A DNA stretch of 63,020 nucleotides, counting the filler, from Octopus bimaculoides (Eukaryota), in NCBI RefSeq assembly GCF_001194135.2. It is 8 parts of 7 records of this genome, joined end to end, with 100 filler letters (N's around TTAATTAATTAA, not from the genome) between each part and the next. Parts side by side here need not be neighbours in the genome. Positions count along the whole stretch, not along the records: positions 36,731 to 40,533 come from NC_068982.1; positions 40,634 to 50,011 come from NC_069003.1; positions 50,112 to 52,218 come from NC_069002.1; positions 52,319 to 60,928 come from NW_026310798.1; 4 more parts are not named here. One strand, given 5' to 3'. Shown piece by piece: positions 38,690-52,413 of the stretch. The position numbers and the translations under genes are program-made. Position 1 is the first letter of the stretch; each line of letters begins with the position of its first letter. Below the pieces are notes generated by a model, which saw only the letters and a program-made list of their open reading frames with translations, was not told the DNA's origin and did not search any database.

Positions 38690-39227
38690 TTGGCACAGAA
38701 TGACCTTGAACTCTGCTCTGCAGGCGCACTAAGTTTTAATGTTCTAGCTCACTTCTGCTGTTTACAGCAGTGCTTGGAAGGAAAGTGTGTAATATATGAT
38801 CGTCACATTGACCATGAGAGAGAAAGTTGTCATCGCGACATCTGGTCAGAAGTGTACGCAGAGTTGCAGAAAATTTATGGAGAGGAGTGTATGAGCCGCA
38901 CACAAGTGTATGTATGGTTCAGACATCTCCAAGATGGCTGAAAAAATGTCGATATTGACAAACGTTCTGGGAAACCCGCAACCAGCAGAACTGAGAAAAC
39001 TATCTCAGATGTGCGTGCAGCTGTGAGGGGAAATCGTCGAATCACCATCCGTGAGTCATCAGAGGATGTGCAGATTAGTTACGGTTCAGTTCAGTCCATT
39101 ATCACTGAAGATTTGAGTATGAGACGCGTGTCTGCCAAGTTTGTGCCAAAACTGCTTTCAGCTGACCAAAAAGACACTCGGGTTTCAGTTGCACAAGAAC
39201 TCCTTGATTGTGTCGAGAACAATGTTT
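38690..39227 (+). pseudogene. Mariner (Tc1/mariner) transposase N-terminal fragment
   Basis: ELQKIYGEECMSRTQVYVWFR...D..RSGKP...NRRITIRE...ISYGSVQSIITEDLSMRRVSAKFVPKLL: two HTH regions plus a WVP-like linker; one stop and one deletion. Confidence 0.9.
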
Positions 39228-39380
39228 GAGCAGGTATCGCCAAGCTTTTGGCAAAATTTGAAGCAGATTCTCTGCTCAACTTTCTCTGTCATGGTGCGCA
39301 TGCACAGCAGAGTTCAAGGTCAATCTGTGCCGAGCGGCTTCACTCAGCGTGCTTTAGCTTCGTTACTATGGCAACAGTCC
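39228..39380 (-). mobile_element. Inverted 5' end of a related mariner
   Basis: Minus strand shares GGCACAGA.TGACCTTGAACTCTGCT with 38691-38720 and encodes MTEK/VEQRICFKFCQKLGDTCS across a frameshift. Confidence 0.75.
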
Positions 39381-40215
39381 GGATACTTGGATAACATCGG
39401 AGGCATGGAGAGGGAAGGCTGGTATGCATGGGTGATTGCTGGTTTTCCATGAACAACCTTGCTCGGACTTGTGCCTCGGAGGTAACTTTCTAGGTGCAAT
39501 CCCATGGTCATTCTTGACCGAATGGGGTCCTTTTGAAGGAAAGCGTTTTGTTTTGCTCATCATCTTTTAAATCATAAGCAGGTTTTGCAGATTCTTCTTG
39601 CCCCAGATGTCATGATCATTTGTAGCATATGAATTAAGGAATTGCATTCTATCGTAATGAACCTAAATTCAGCTATACTTTGTTCCAAGCGAATTGGTAC
39701 GTATCCTGTTGTCCTAATACTATTATGTATGGAACTGAGGCGGCGAGTTGACAGAGTCGTTAGCACGCCGAGCAAAATGCTTAGCAGCATTTCATCCGTC
39801 TTTAGGTCGATAAAAGTACCAGTTGATCATTGGGGTCGGTGTAATCGACTTACCCCCTCCCCTCAAAATTGCAGGCCTTGTACCAAAACTCGAAATCAAT
39901 ATTATGTACGAAACTGAAAATATATTTTGGGTACTAGATTTGCAAACTCCTAACCAACGGTCCATAAACGCTCTTTTTCTCCTGTATTGTTCTAACCACA
40001 TTCGTGTCAAGAGGGCAACTGATTTCCACAACAGGCCATATTCTTTGTTTCCTTCTGGCCCAACACAACAATTTCTGGCCGATCGTGTTTTAACATGGTG
40101 GCCGTTTTGATTTTTAACTTCCATCAATATTCTTTTGACCCGTAAGTCTCAATGTAGTCAACTTTTTTCTGCTGATATCTTCCTTTTGTATGTCTGTTTA
40201 TACACATGCGTACAT

Positions 40216-40533
40216 GAAGAAAATAAATTGCTGAGTGATACCCAACATGGCTTTCGACCAGGTAGGAGCTGCCTGACCCAGCTCTTACAACATTATGACT
40301 GGGTGTTGAGGCAGTTACTCAACAACTCAAATGTGGACGTAATATACCTTGATTTTGCAAAAGCTTTTGACAGAGTGGATCATGGTGTGATATGCGACAA
40401 ACTGCGTGATCTTGGCATAGCTGGAAAACTTGGAGAGCGGTTACATGACTTTCTGAAAGATAGAAGTCAGGCAGTAGTGGCTAATGGAGCCACCTCTATG
40501 AAAACACAAATAATGAGCGGTGTTCCACAGGGC
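40216..40533 (+). pseudogene. CR1/L2/Jockey-group LINE reverse transcriptase fragment (runs into an assembly gap)
   Basis: QHGFRPGRSCLTQLL...VDVIYLDFAKAFDRVDH...FLKDRSQAV...SGVPQG. Confidence 0.92.
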
Positions 40534-40633
40534 NNNNNNNNNNNNNNNNNNNNNNNNNNNNNNNNNNNNNNNNNNNNTTAATTAATTAANNNNNNNNNNN
40601 NNNNNNNNNNNNNNNNNNNNNNNNNNNNNNNNN

Positions 40634-40683
<50 letters not shown>

Positions 40684-41224
40684 TATGCGTATATGAATAT
40701 ATGTGACTGTATGTGTTTATGAGTGTGTATGTGTGTATGTGTATGTGTGTGTGCGTTTTTTGTATCAATTCCTAGCATTGTGGGCCTCCACGCGTCTTGC
40801 CAATATTTCTACTTCATCTCGCTCTACACACACGTCTAAGTAATATCCTCGGTAATCTATCACAAACGCAACAATGCACTCACATATACACACACATACC
40901 ACTCATAAACACACACACACACACACACACAAACAAGTACATACTCATACATTCCACCCCCCGTCCCCCGTCACAACCCATCTCACATGTTACGTCCAGA
41001 TCTAACCAATATCCTGCTTTGTCCTTCTGCTACGACGCTCCAACCCCCCCGCCACCACTGCACCGCCGCGTCACACATTCATAGCTTGCCAGATATCTTC
41101 ATTGTGTTACTACAGCTACCACCATACATATCACAATGCGTACACAGCGGCGGCTCTCAATACTAAACACACGTACACACGAACACACGAACACACACAC
41201 ATACACACAGAAACGTAAATATAC

Positions 41225-41255
<31 letters not shown>

Positions 41256-41587
41256 GGCACATAGATATAATCATCAGGTTTAATTTACATACTTTCACTT
41301 TCATTTTCTCTTTCTTTTTCATATCCTCTTTGTCATTATCTTACTCTCTCCACTCCTCCTCCTCCTCCTCCTCCTGTTCGCCGTCCTCCCCCTCCCTTTG
41401 ATATTCACTTCCTTCATCACCTGTCACTTATTAAAACAGCTGTAATGTCTTATGGCTTGCCGTCTGCATCACTGGATCGATCAAAATCTTCATCTATCTT
41501 TCTTCCTCTTTCTGCCTCACACACATAGATATACATATGCACACTCACACGCACGCTGGTGTACACACATACGTATATTTTGATAAA

Positions 41588-41627
<40 letters not shown>

Positions 41628-41994
41628 GGATGTGTAAATGTGTATATACACACATTGATAAGTACCTATATGTACTCACACACGCACACACTCATATATA
41701 ATATGCATACATATATATATACTCACACATCTATATTCGTGTATTTTATTCGTGTGAACGAACCTTACTGGAGAAATAGAAAGAAAAATACTCCAATACC
41801 TTAAAGTAGTGCATTGTTTAATTTGGTCGAATGAAACCCACGCCGACGGCGACTTCTAAGTTACTTCCGTGAAAAATTCGCGTGAATATCTCACAGATGA
41901 AAACTGGAAGTAGCCGCCTGTTTTGAAACGCCAAAACACACAAGTATATGAATGTATAAATTTTATACATATACACATATATTCATATACACAC

Positions 41995-42063
<69 letters not shown>

Positions 42064-42322
42064 CACACACACATGTATTACACACATACACTCATAGGAG
42101 TATCAAACTGTGTGAATGGGCGCTCAACACTGTATTGGTGGATAAATATTCTTTATTTGTGGGTTAACAATGCAACCAACGGTTTCATGTGAAAGAGATA
42201 TTTACAATTATTCAAGCGTAGCCCTTGAGAATGTTGGTCATCTTCATTTTGGAGACTAGTACATTCCCAAGTGGTTTGCTTGAATAATTAGGGAGATCTG
42301 TGGAGATCTCTACTGTATGAAA

Positions 42323-42374
<52 letters not shown>

Positions 42375-42416
42375 GCACACATATACACACACACATATAT
42401 ATATATATACATGCAT

Positions 42417-42449
<33 letters not shown>

Positions 42450-42987
42450 CATGCATACACACACACACATATATACACACATATATATACATACACTCAT
42501 ATATATATATGCAAACGCTTTTTCCGTTAAGGTCAATCGTTTTTTATCCAATAGATTCTCATTATTTTGAATAACAATGCCCTGTCTTCTTCATTTTGGA
42601 GCATCAGTTGCTTTTGAATGAAAATAGTGTTGAAAAATATAAAGGTGACATACGACCAGATCGTCTAACGACCTTGTCATCGGTCGTAACTCGAATGTGT
42701 GTATATATATATATATATATNNNNNNNNNNNNNNNNNNNNNNNNNNNNNNNNNNNNNNNNNNNNNNNNNNNNNNNNNNNNNNNNNNNNNNNNNNNNNNNN
42801 NNNNNNNNNNNNNNNNNNNNNNNNNNNNNNNNNNNNNNNNNNNNNNNNNNNNNNNNNNNNNNNNNNNNNNNNNNNNNNNNNNNNNNNNNNNNNNNNNNNN
42901 NNNNNNNNNNNGAAAACAAGGACAGGTCATTCGGAGTTTTCTTTCATCAGTCGAGATCCAGATTATCTTTGCATTTTCGGCTGGTTA

Positions 42988-43025
<38 letters not shown>

Positions 43026-43084
43026 CATATACACATTTATATAATCTTTTCACGAAATTTAGTTGTTACCCACAATAATGTTCA

Positions 43085-43365
43085 ATCCCAGGTGGATCAT
43101 GTGCTAGGAGCAGCCATTCACGATAAAGTTAGTTTTGGAAAGCTACTTTACCGATCTCCTTCACCAAACCTTGCTCCCTACGTATTTTGTTGGTCTGCGG
43201 ATTTGAAGCACCACTTGGTCCACAAAGCACTACTCTGTGTAGTCGGCTACAATGAAATGGTTGGCTGAGCTGGATGAAAAGCTCTATTGTAAATATAGCA
43301 TGGAGCAGATGTGCAAGAAATACGGACAGTAAATCGAAACTAATGGAGGCTTTGTTGAAAAATAC
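43085..43365 (+). pseudogene. Mariner transposase C-terminal remnant
   Basis: LLYRSPSPNLAPYVF...LKHHL resembles HPPYSPDLAPSDF..F..LK. Confidence 0.6.
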
Positions 43366-43896
43366 ATCATCAATATAAGTATTCTTTATTTGTGTCATTT
43401 CATGAATGTGTTAGCCTGTGTATGTGTGTAGGTGCACGAGGTGTCTATGTATGTGTGAGTGTGTTTGTGTGTGCGTGTGTGTGTGTGTATGCTCGTACAT
43501 ACATATATACGTACGTACATACATACATATATACATACATATATACATACATATACACATACATGCATACACGTATCGTTTTTATTTTATCTTCTATTCG
43601 TTTCAGTCATTCGACTGTGGCCATGCTAGGGCACCGTCTTGGAGGATTTAGACGAACAAATTAACTCCAGTATTTATTTAAAAAAACAACAACCTGCTAC
43701 TTATTCTATCGGTTCCCTTTGCCGAACAGCTATGTAGTTAGGGGGACATAAACAATGCAAGTAGCGGTCGTCAAGTGGTGGTGAAGGATAATCGCAAGAA
43801 CGAACACAAACAGCCAAAAACTCACACACACACACGCACACACATACACACACCCACAAAAACGAACACACGCAAGCATACAGACACACATACATG

Positions 43897-43947
<51 letters not shown>

Positions 43948-44743
43948 AAGTATATACATATACAACGGGCTTCTTTCAAGTTCCGTCTGCCAAATACATT
44001 TACAAGTCTTCGGTTGAACCAGGTCTATAGTAGAAGACATTTGCCCAAGGTGCTACGCAGTAGGATTGAACCCGCTTCTTGGTATGACCCGTTATGACAC
44101 GTTACCCGTAGCATTAAGGTTTTCTCTCTATGTAACGTTAAACTCCTATCTTCTGATATTGCAAACTTACACAAGTATGGCAGAGTTAGGTTATAGCGTA
44201 GCAATGGAGCAAAATAATCTTTTCTACTATACGCACAAGGCCTGAAATTTATGGAGAGACGCCATTCGATTAGACCGACCCCAATACGCAACTGGTATTT
44301 AATTTATCGACCCCGAAATGATGATAAGGAAAGTCGACCTTGGCGGAAAGGAATAGAGCAAAATAATGCTGAATTAACGGTTTCAAGTTTTGGCATAGGG
44401 CTTGTAATTTTTAGTGGGAGTGGGGAAGTCGATTACTAAACTCCACGGCTCAATTGGGACTTATTATATATATATTATATATACTACACCCGATACTATA
44501 CCTCAAACGCTGCACTACAGTATGAGCAAGGTACTATACTACACTATATATCTCATTATATACCAGACACTGTACGGCACAATGCTGTACACTAGACACT
44601 GTGTTGCTATGCTATACGTTACTTTGTATAATATGTTATACATAGCACTACACACCAGACGCTGCACTACAGCTTGCGCAAGATACTATACTACATTATA
44701 TACTAGATGTTGTACTGTATAATACTGTAAAACAAGCACTGAA

Positions 44744-44787
<44 letters not shown>

Positions 44788-45459
44788 ACATACAAATACA
44801 CATAGGTACACACACATAGAAACACACAGACACACACAGATGTATACACACAGAGATGTACACACACACAGATGTATACGTACATACACACATACATACA
44901 TGCATACATACATACATACATACATACANNNNNNNNNNNNNNNNNNNNNNNNNNNNNNNNNNNNNNNNNNNNNNNNNNNNNNNNNNNNNNNNNNNNNNNN
45001 NNNNNNNNNNNNNNNNNNNNNNNNNNNNNNNNNNNNNNNNNNNNNNNNNNNNNNNNNNNNNNNNNNNNNNNNNNNNNNNNNNNNNNNNNNNNNNNNNNNN
45101 NNNNNNNNNNNNNNNNNNNNNNNNNNNNNNNNNNNNNNNNNNNNNNNNNNNNNNNNNNNNNNNNNNNNNNNNNNNNNNNNNNNNNNNNNNNNNNNNNNNN
45201 NNNNNNNNNNNNNNNNNNNNNNNNNNNNNNNNNNNNNNNNNNNNNNNNNNNNNNNNNNNNNNNNNNNNNNNNNNNNNNNNNNNNNNNNNNNNNNNNNNNN
45301 NNNNNNNNNNNNNNNNNNNNNNNNNNNNNNNNNNNNNNNNNNNNNNNNNNNNNNNNNNNNNNNNNNNNNNNNNNNNNNNNNNNNNNNNNNNNNNNNNNNN
45401 NNNNNNNNNNNNNNNNNNNNNNNNNNNNNNNNNNNNNNNNNNNNNNNNNNNNNNNNNNT

Positions 45460-45565
45460 ATTTTTACCATTCGTTATTATTATTTTTACCATTCGTTATT
45501 ATTATTTTTACCATTCGTTATTACTATTTTTACCATTCGTTATTATTATTTTTACCATTCGTTAT
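45460..45565. repeat. 22-bp tandem repeat (tttttaccattcgttattatta), at least 4 copies
   Basis: Direct inspection; the left side is lost in a gap. Confidence 0.9.
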
Positions 45566-47109
45566 TGTTATTGTTGTTGTTGTTGTTATTATCATTATTA
45601 TTATTATCATTTAAATATTTGTTATTAGTATTCGTGTTGTTGTTATCATTAAACCGTTGTTTCGACTTGAAGAGTAGCAAAGTTTCTATTTTGAACAGGA
45701 GGGTTTATTTTTAAGTGTTCTGAGGGAGAGTGAGAGGTTATCAGAAAAGGTTATACCTTGAAATACTCTTGATCGTCGCTCGAATAGTTTTCGGCTCAAA
45801 TTAGAGAGAACATTCATTTGGCAAATAAAACATAAAAAAAAGCTGGTAATAATATCATGTGATTATTGTGTGAGAGAGAGAGAAAGAGAGAGAGAGAGAG
45901 GTGCAAAAGAGAAAGCGGTAAGATAATGCATGAATTGGAATGACAAACGTAAAATCATAGCAATAGCGATGACGGAAGTAATGGCGGTAAGATTTTTTTT
46001 GAGACTGGTACAAGGCACACAGTTTTGTAAGGGAGTGATATAGCAGTTGACTAGATTTAAAACTAGTGTGGGACTGGTACCTAGTGACTCATATACATGT
46101 ATAGATCGCGTTCTGGCTAAATTTAAGAGTTTGCATAAAAGGAAAAGAAAGCACAACAATCCCATTGAAGTATATAAGCGTTTTCAAAAAGCTCAAAAAA
46201 GATCAAATGGATAAACCGGGGCCACTATGATCCGCGGGGGCCCAGATAAGATTTTGCTGTTAAAATTATTTATGAGCAATAAACTGGTTATTCTTCTTTC
46301 AATACACAAAATATTTTTTTAATACTCTTTTACTCTTTTACTTGTTTCAGTCATTTGACTGCGGCCATGCTGGAGCACCGCCTTTAGTCGAGCGAATATC
46401 GACCCCCAGAACTTATTCTTTGTAAGCCTAGTACTTATTCTATCGGTCTCTTTTTGCCGAACAGCTAAGTTACGGGGACGTAAACACACCAACATCGGTT
46501 GTCAATGGTGGTCGTGACAAACACAGTAAAAAAAATACTTCAGCTTCACTAATTAAATGATACCTTAAACACAAAATCAGAGTAATTTCTCCCTGTTACC
46601 ATGAAAACAAGTTCATTCTCAACAACCTCAATAGTTAATATAGTGCCAGACTAAAAATAAACATCCTATAAATCTGAAATCCATAGACTAACATCCTGCA
46701 CGCAAGACATATTGAAAGTCAAAAGTATAGTGAACTTCTCTGATAAACATTGATTGCAGGAAGTATTTGTTCCGTCCGCCAGTCCCATATGAAAGTTATC
46801 CTTGCAGGCGAATATGGTAGTTTGAGTAACAATTGCTTTAAATTGGAACTTGTAGCCTTATATATCGAATATTTGTTTATATATTTTTAACACATGCTCT
46901 CTGTGTTTATATCACTGCCGTCTATATATTTATAATTTTTACAAATACACCTGCTCTCTCCTTCTCTATCTCTTCCCTTCTATCTCTCCCCCTCTCTCTA
47001 TATATACACATATGTATGTATGTATGAATGAATGTGTACATGTACGTACGTACATATGTATGTATACACACACACAAGTAAGTGAACAAACGAAAGTAGC
47101 ACCCAACAT

Positions 47110-47183
47110 GTCATACGTACGTCCGTCCATCCATCCATCCATCCGTCCATCCATCCATCCAGCCAGCCAGCCAGCCTGCCTGC

Positions 47184-47237
<54 letters not shown>

Positions 47238-47240
47238 CCA
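47110..47240. repeat. Compound (TCCA)n/(GCCA)n microsatellite
   Basis: Direct inspection. Confidence 0.9.
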
Positions 47241-47709
47241 TACATAACGTATTTTCTCTTTGACTTTCCATGTAACATGGAAGTGAACATGCAAGTCGGT
47301 TTAGCGTTGCGGAACTCCACATTACGGCAAAANNNNNNNNNNNNNNNNNNNNNNNNNNNNNNNNNNNNNNNNNNNNNNNNNNNNNNNNNNNNNNNNNNNN
47401 NNNNNNNNNNNNNNNNNNNNNNNNNNNNNNNNNNNNNNNNNNNNNNNNNNNNNNNNNNNNNNNNNNNNNNNNNNNNNNNNNNNNNNNNNNNNNNNNNNNN
47501 NNNNNNNNNNNNNNNNNNNNNNNNNNNNNNNNNNNNNNNNNNNNNNNNNNNNNNNNNNNNNNNNNNNNNNNNNNNNNNNNNNNNNNNNNNNNNNNNNNNN
47601 NNNNNNNNNNNNNNNNNNNNNNNTATATATATATGTATTTATATATACATATTTATATATACATATACATATATAAAGAACGAAATGCTTCCGTAATGCG
47701 AGGCATACC

Positions 47710-47793
47710 ATGTGGCAACTTGCTTGGTTACGTAGATTTGAAAGCGTCGAAAGCAAGTCTTTGTAATCTACGTTGCCAAGGAAGTTATTACAT
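47710..47793 (+). ncRNA. pri-miRNA-like hairpin (candidate)
   Basis: 35-position stem with three G:U pairs and five mismatches, and a 14-nt loop. Confidence 0.45.
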
Positions 47794-47999
47794 AGCAATC
47801 ATTGAGCTTATTTGGAGTGTCCAGTGTTTGTGTGGTGCGGTGTTGTCTTGGCTGTTGGTGAAGGACGGCGTTGGTTGGTGGTGAAGGCGGTGTTGGTGGG
47901 AGACAAGGAGGAGGTGAGATTATGTGGCGTTTATTCATTTCTGGTGCATAACTTGTGTAATCGTGGGAGTGTCGTCTAACGTTGGAGCGGATGTATATT

Positions 48000-48576
48000 A
48001 TTAATAGAGAGTAAGAAGGTGATGGCGGTTGTGGAAAGAATAACGAAGATAAGACAAACGCAGACGATAAGGAGGTAGACGGAATCTGGAAGATGATGGA
48101 AGGAAGGAAGGAAGGAAGAAGCGGAAGAAGAAGGGGAAGAAAGAGAAGTAGAAGGAGAGGATGAGGAAGAACAACACAACAATGACAACAGCCGTAACAA
48201 GACAAAGATGGATGAAGAAGAGTGAAGGAGGAGGAGAAGCAAGAGGAACAACAGCAGTAACGACAAGACAAAGGTGGATGAAAAGTGAGGGAGGCGGAGG
48301 AGGAGGGGAGAAGAAGATGAAGAAGGAGAAGAAGGAAAAGAAGAAGAAGAGGAAGGAGAAGAGGAACAACAACAACAGCCGTAATAGCAACATCAATAAC
48401 AAGACAAAGGTGGATGAAAAGTGAGGGAGGCGGAGGAGGAGGAAAGAAGAAGAAGAAGAAGAAGGAAAAAAGAAATATAGTAGAAGAAAGAGAAGGAAAA
48501 GAAGTCGAATATCAACAACATGAAAAAGAAGACGAGATTAAAATAAGAAAAGAGAAGATAGAAAATGAGAGAAGAC

Positions 48577-48662
<86 letters not shown>

Positions 48663-48893
48663 CGTAAGAATTCCGAAGAGCAGAGAGGAGAGAAAGGAAA
48701 AGACAAGATTGAAGACAAAAGATTGAAGACAGAAGATTGAAGAGAAAATACAGAAGACTGAAAGCGCAGGAGAGAAAAGAAGAAGAACAACAACAATTAT
48801 GAGAAGGAAAAACACCAACAGTAACAATTATCAACAACATCCTCTTCCTGCAGAGTCCTGTAAAAAGCGGGATGACACTACAAAACACCGTCA

Positions 48894-48955
<62 letters not shown>

Positions 48956-48960
48956 NNNNN
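48000..48960. repeat. Purine-rich low-complexity tract with a unit of about 55 bp repeated three times and (GA)n/(CT)n runs
   Basis: ACAACAGCMGTAA...AAGACAAAGRTGGATGAA occurs near 48180, 48250 and 48370-48420. Confidence 0.8.
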
Positions 48961-49054
48961 NNNNNNNNNTCTCTTTGATTCACTCTCTTTCTGTCTCACT
49001 CTCTCTCTCTGTCTCTCTATCACCTTCTGCGATCTTCCTCTGCACGATCACGCC

Positions 49055-49132
<78 letters not shown>

Positions 49133-49200
49133 CATACATAGGTAGACACAGATACACATACACATACACCTACATATATGCACACCTATATATATATTTA

Positions 49201-49233
<33 letters not shown>

Positions 49234-49257
49234 GTATATATCTATATATATGTATAT

Positions 49258-49327
<70 letters not shown>

Positions 49328-49443
49328 CATATACATGGATATATATGTGTGTTTGTGTTTGTGTTTGTGTCTGTGTGTGCATGTTTGTGAGTATAAATAT
49401 ATGTATATATATATATATATGTATATGTGTGTGTGTGGATGTG

Positions 49444-49478
<35 letters not shown>

Positions 49479-49977
49479 ACATATATATATATATATGTAT
49501 ATATATGCGTGTGTGTGTGTGTACATGAAGAAGCTGCAAAAGAGAAGTGACCAAACTGATATGGCGTAGCAATGTAATATTGAAGCATTGACTTCTATAA
49601 CTAGCTATGACGTCATAGGCAGTAGCTGTGGTGACGTGTCATCACACGTCATAGCTCTAACGATGTAGCTTATTATTTCACTGCTTTTTCTTGTCTTTTT
49701 ACTCTGGCACTCCCAAGGACTGAGTGCACAAGCATGTGCAAGTATATACCTTTGCATGTGTGTATGTGCATGTGCGCGTGGGATTAGGTGCTGGTGTGTA
49801 TATGCGTGCGTGTGTACGTATATAATGGAACGTGTGTATGTGTGTGTGAGTATTGCGTGAGTGCGCATGTTTGGGATTGCAATAAAAGGTGTGCATCTGT
49901 GATCAAATCTATCTATCTATCTATCTATCTATTGGTCTGTCTGTCATAAAGGAATATCCTTGTGTGTTTACACACAC

Positions 49978-50008
<31 letters not shown>

Positions 50009-51796
50009 TATNNNNNNNNNNNNNNNNNNNNNNNNNNNNNNNNNNNNNNNNNNNNTTAATTAATTAANNNNNNNNNNNNNNNNNNNNNNNNNNNNNNNNN
50101 NNNNNNNNNNNGAGAGAGAGAGAGAGAGAGAGTCCTATACAAAATGTAGCATTTACTGTTATTAATGGATAGTAAAAGGCTACCTTACTTATGGGGACAC
50201 AGACTTTCATATACACACACACGCAAACACACACACACACATATAAGCATACATAAATACATGTGTTTGTGTGATCAAAGTATACCTGAGGGTATAAATT
50301 TGTATGCATCTTCCCACTATGCACACAAATATGCATTTACATACACCCGACTCCATATGTGTGTGTATATATATATATATATATACATACATACATACAC
50401 AACCAGTGTATACATGAATGTATACATTTACAATACACCCTCCCCCACCATGCATCCAAATATTTTAGGGCACACACGTCCTTCACACAATTGCGTATGT
50501 GTGTACTGCATCTGCATGAATATTTGCATGTATATGTATTTGTGTGTATATGTTTGTGTCAGTGTGCATGTAAAGTGTACATCTGTGAATACATCAGGCT
50601 ATGATGTCAATTTTTCAGGTGTGTGTGCTAGAGTATAAATAAATAAATGCCTATGTGTATGCGTGTGTGTGTATGTACATGTCGTGAACAAAGTCTGTCA
50701 GTCTAGCGTACAGCAGATGGAACACAGTGGGAAAATTATGTAACAATAGCATTGAGTAAAGCACCAGTATTCAACAAGAGTCTTTCACAGAACAAACAGA
50801 ACAAGTCTAATGTATAAGTATGCGAACGATGAGTGAATGAATAGTTGCAGAATCAATTCTACTGGTTATCGAATGGAATGGTCACTTTTTACAGAACAGC
50901 AGAGTAGGATAAGTTAATGTACATTCTGAAATGAAGCAGCTCAATGAGGTTATCATGTCTATTCTGCCTGTCTCAACTGCACAGGTATTGTTCTTGAATA
51001 TGAAGGAAGGTCATTCAATGCAGGGAAATGTCAAAATCAACAAAGACAGAAACCAGCTGAAAAAGGGTAGGGGCATTTTTTTTTTTTCTTCTTTTTTGAA
51101 AGCTTAGACTTTCAAAAGATATTGAACAATATTGAAATATATTTATCTGAAAGTGACTTCAATTAATTCAATAAACACTACCTTGCACTTTGCCTTTTCT
51201 CTCTGTTTTCATAAATTAAATTGTCAAATACTTTTCAATGTGAATCCATTCCTCTCTAGAATAGATAACTACACTGTAGAAAAAACAATAAACAATAGGA
51301 CTATCTATAATGTGGAGTATCAGAGCACAGCGAGTTTCTAACATGTATTACATTATGTTTCACTGAGGAGGTTTAATAAGACTGAAATATGTCTGGAATT
51401 GTGATAGTACCAACCAAAAATCAGACTTACTCCTGGCCATTATAGGTTCTATTAATTTAACTTGATTTAATAATTCTATTAAATTTTTAATATTAATTGA
51501 TTTAATTTATTTATTAATCACTCTCTTGCTTTTTTGATAGTAATTGACATTTATGATTATGATTTCTCCTTTCACTATGAATGTAATTTCAATTTATCAA
51601 AAATACTTTTTGGTTTATGGTATTAAGTATGCTACCCTGCACTTAATTATATGGTCTGGAAAATTTCTAATACTTATATAGTCTTTCTACATATGTAAAG
51701 CCTGTTCTACTGGAGACAGTATGAATGGACTGCATACTTTTAAGCTCTAAATATTAATACAGTAAGCCCTCCTAAAGATGGAATGGATGCGATATA

Positions 51797-52002
51797 TACA
51801 AGGGGTACTGACAAGTTCCTTGCTTTAAGGGTACCACAAAAGGACCAGTTGGAGGCCCAATCCTCTGAGTTCTTTTGCAAGGCTTAGAAAAACTGAAGAA
51901 CCACTGCAATAAGGAGGGAATATGCTAAATAAAATCATAATTAACTGATCCTCCTGTATTTTCTTTTACCCAAAGCCAGAAACTTTTCAGCACACCCTCA
52001 TA
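51797..52002. mobile_element. Mariner-type MITE, uninterrupted copy
   Basis: TA-flanked TIRs and body colinear with 38110-38657 minus the SINE. Confidence 0.85.
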
Positions 52003-52413
52003 TCATCATCGTTTAACGTCCGCTTTCCATGCTAGCATGGGTTGGACGACTTGACTGAGGACTGGTGAAACCGGATGGCAACACCAGGCTCCAATCTAAA
52101 TTTGGCAGAGTTTCTACAGCTGGATGCCCTTCCTAACGCCAACCACTCAGAGAGTGTAGTAGGTGCTTTTACGTGTCACCTGCACGAAGGCCAGTCAAGC
52201 GATACTGGCAACGGCCACNNNNNNNNNNNNNNNNNNNNNNNNNNNNNNNNNNNNNNNNNNNNTTAATTAATTAANNNNNNNNNNNNNNNNNNNNNNNNNN
52301 NNNNNNNNNNNNNNNNNNTATATATATATATGCATATTTATACATACATGCATATATGTATATACATATATACATATATGCATACATATATATATATATC
52401 TTCAAATATATAT

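Noticed and set aside
47722-47744. Similarity of the hairpin 5' arm to miR-9
   Set aside because: The seed differs (CUUGGUU versus CUUUGGU) and the 3' half is unrelated, so no family name is assigned.
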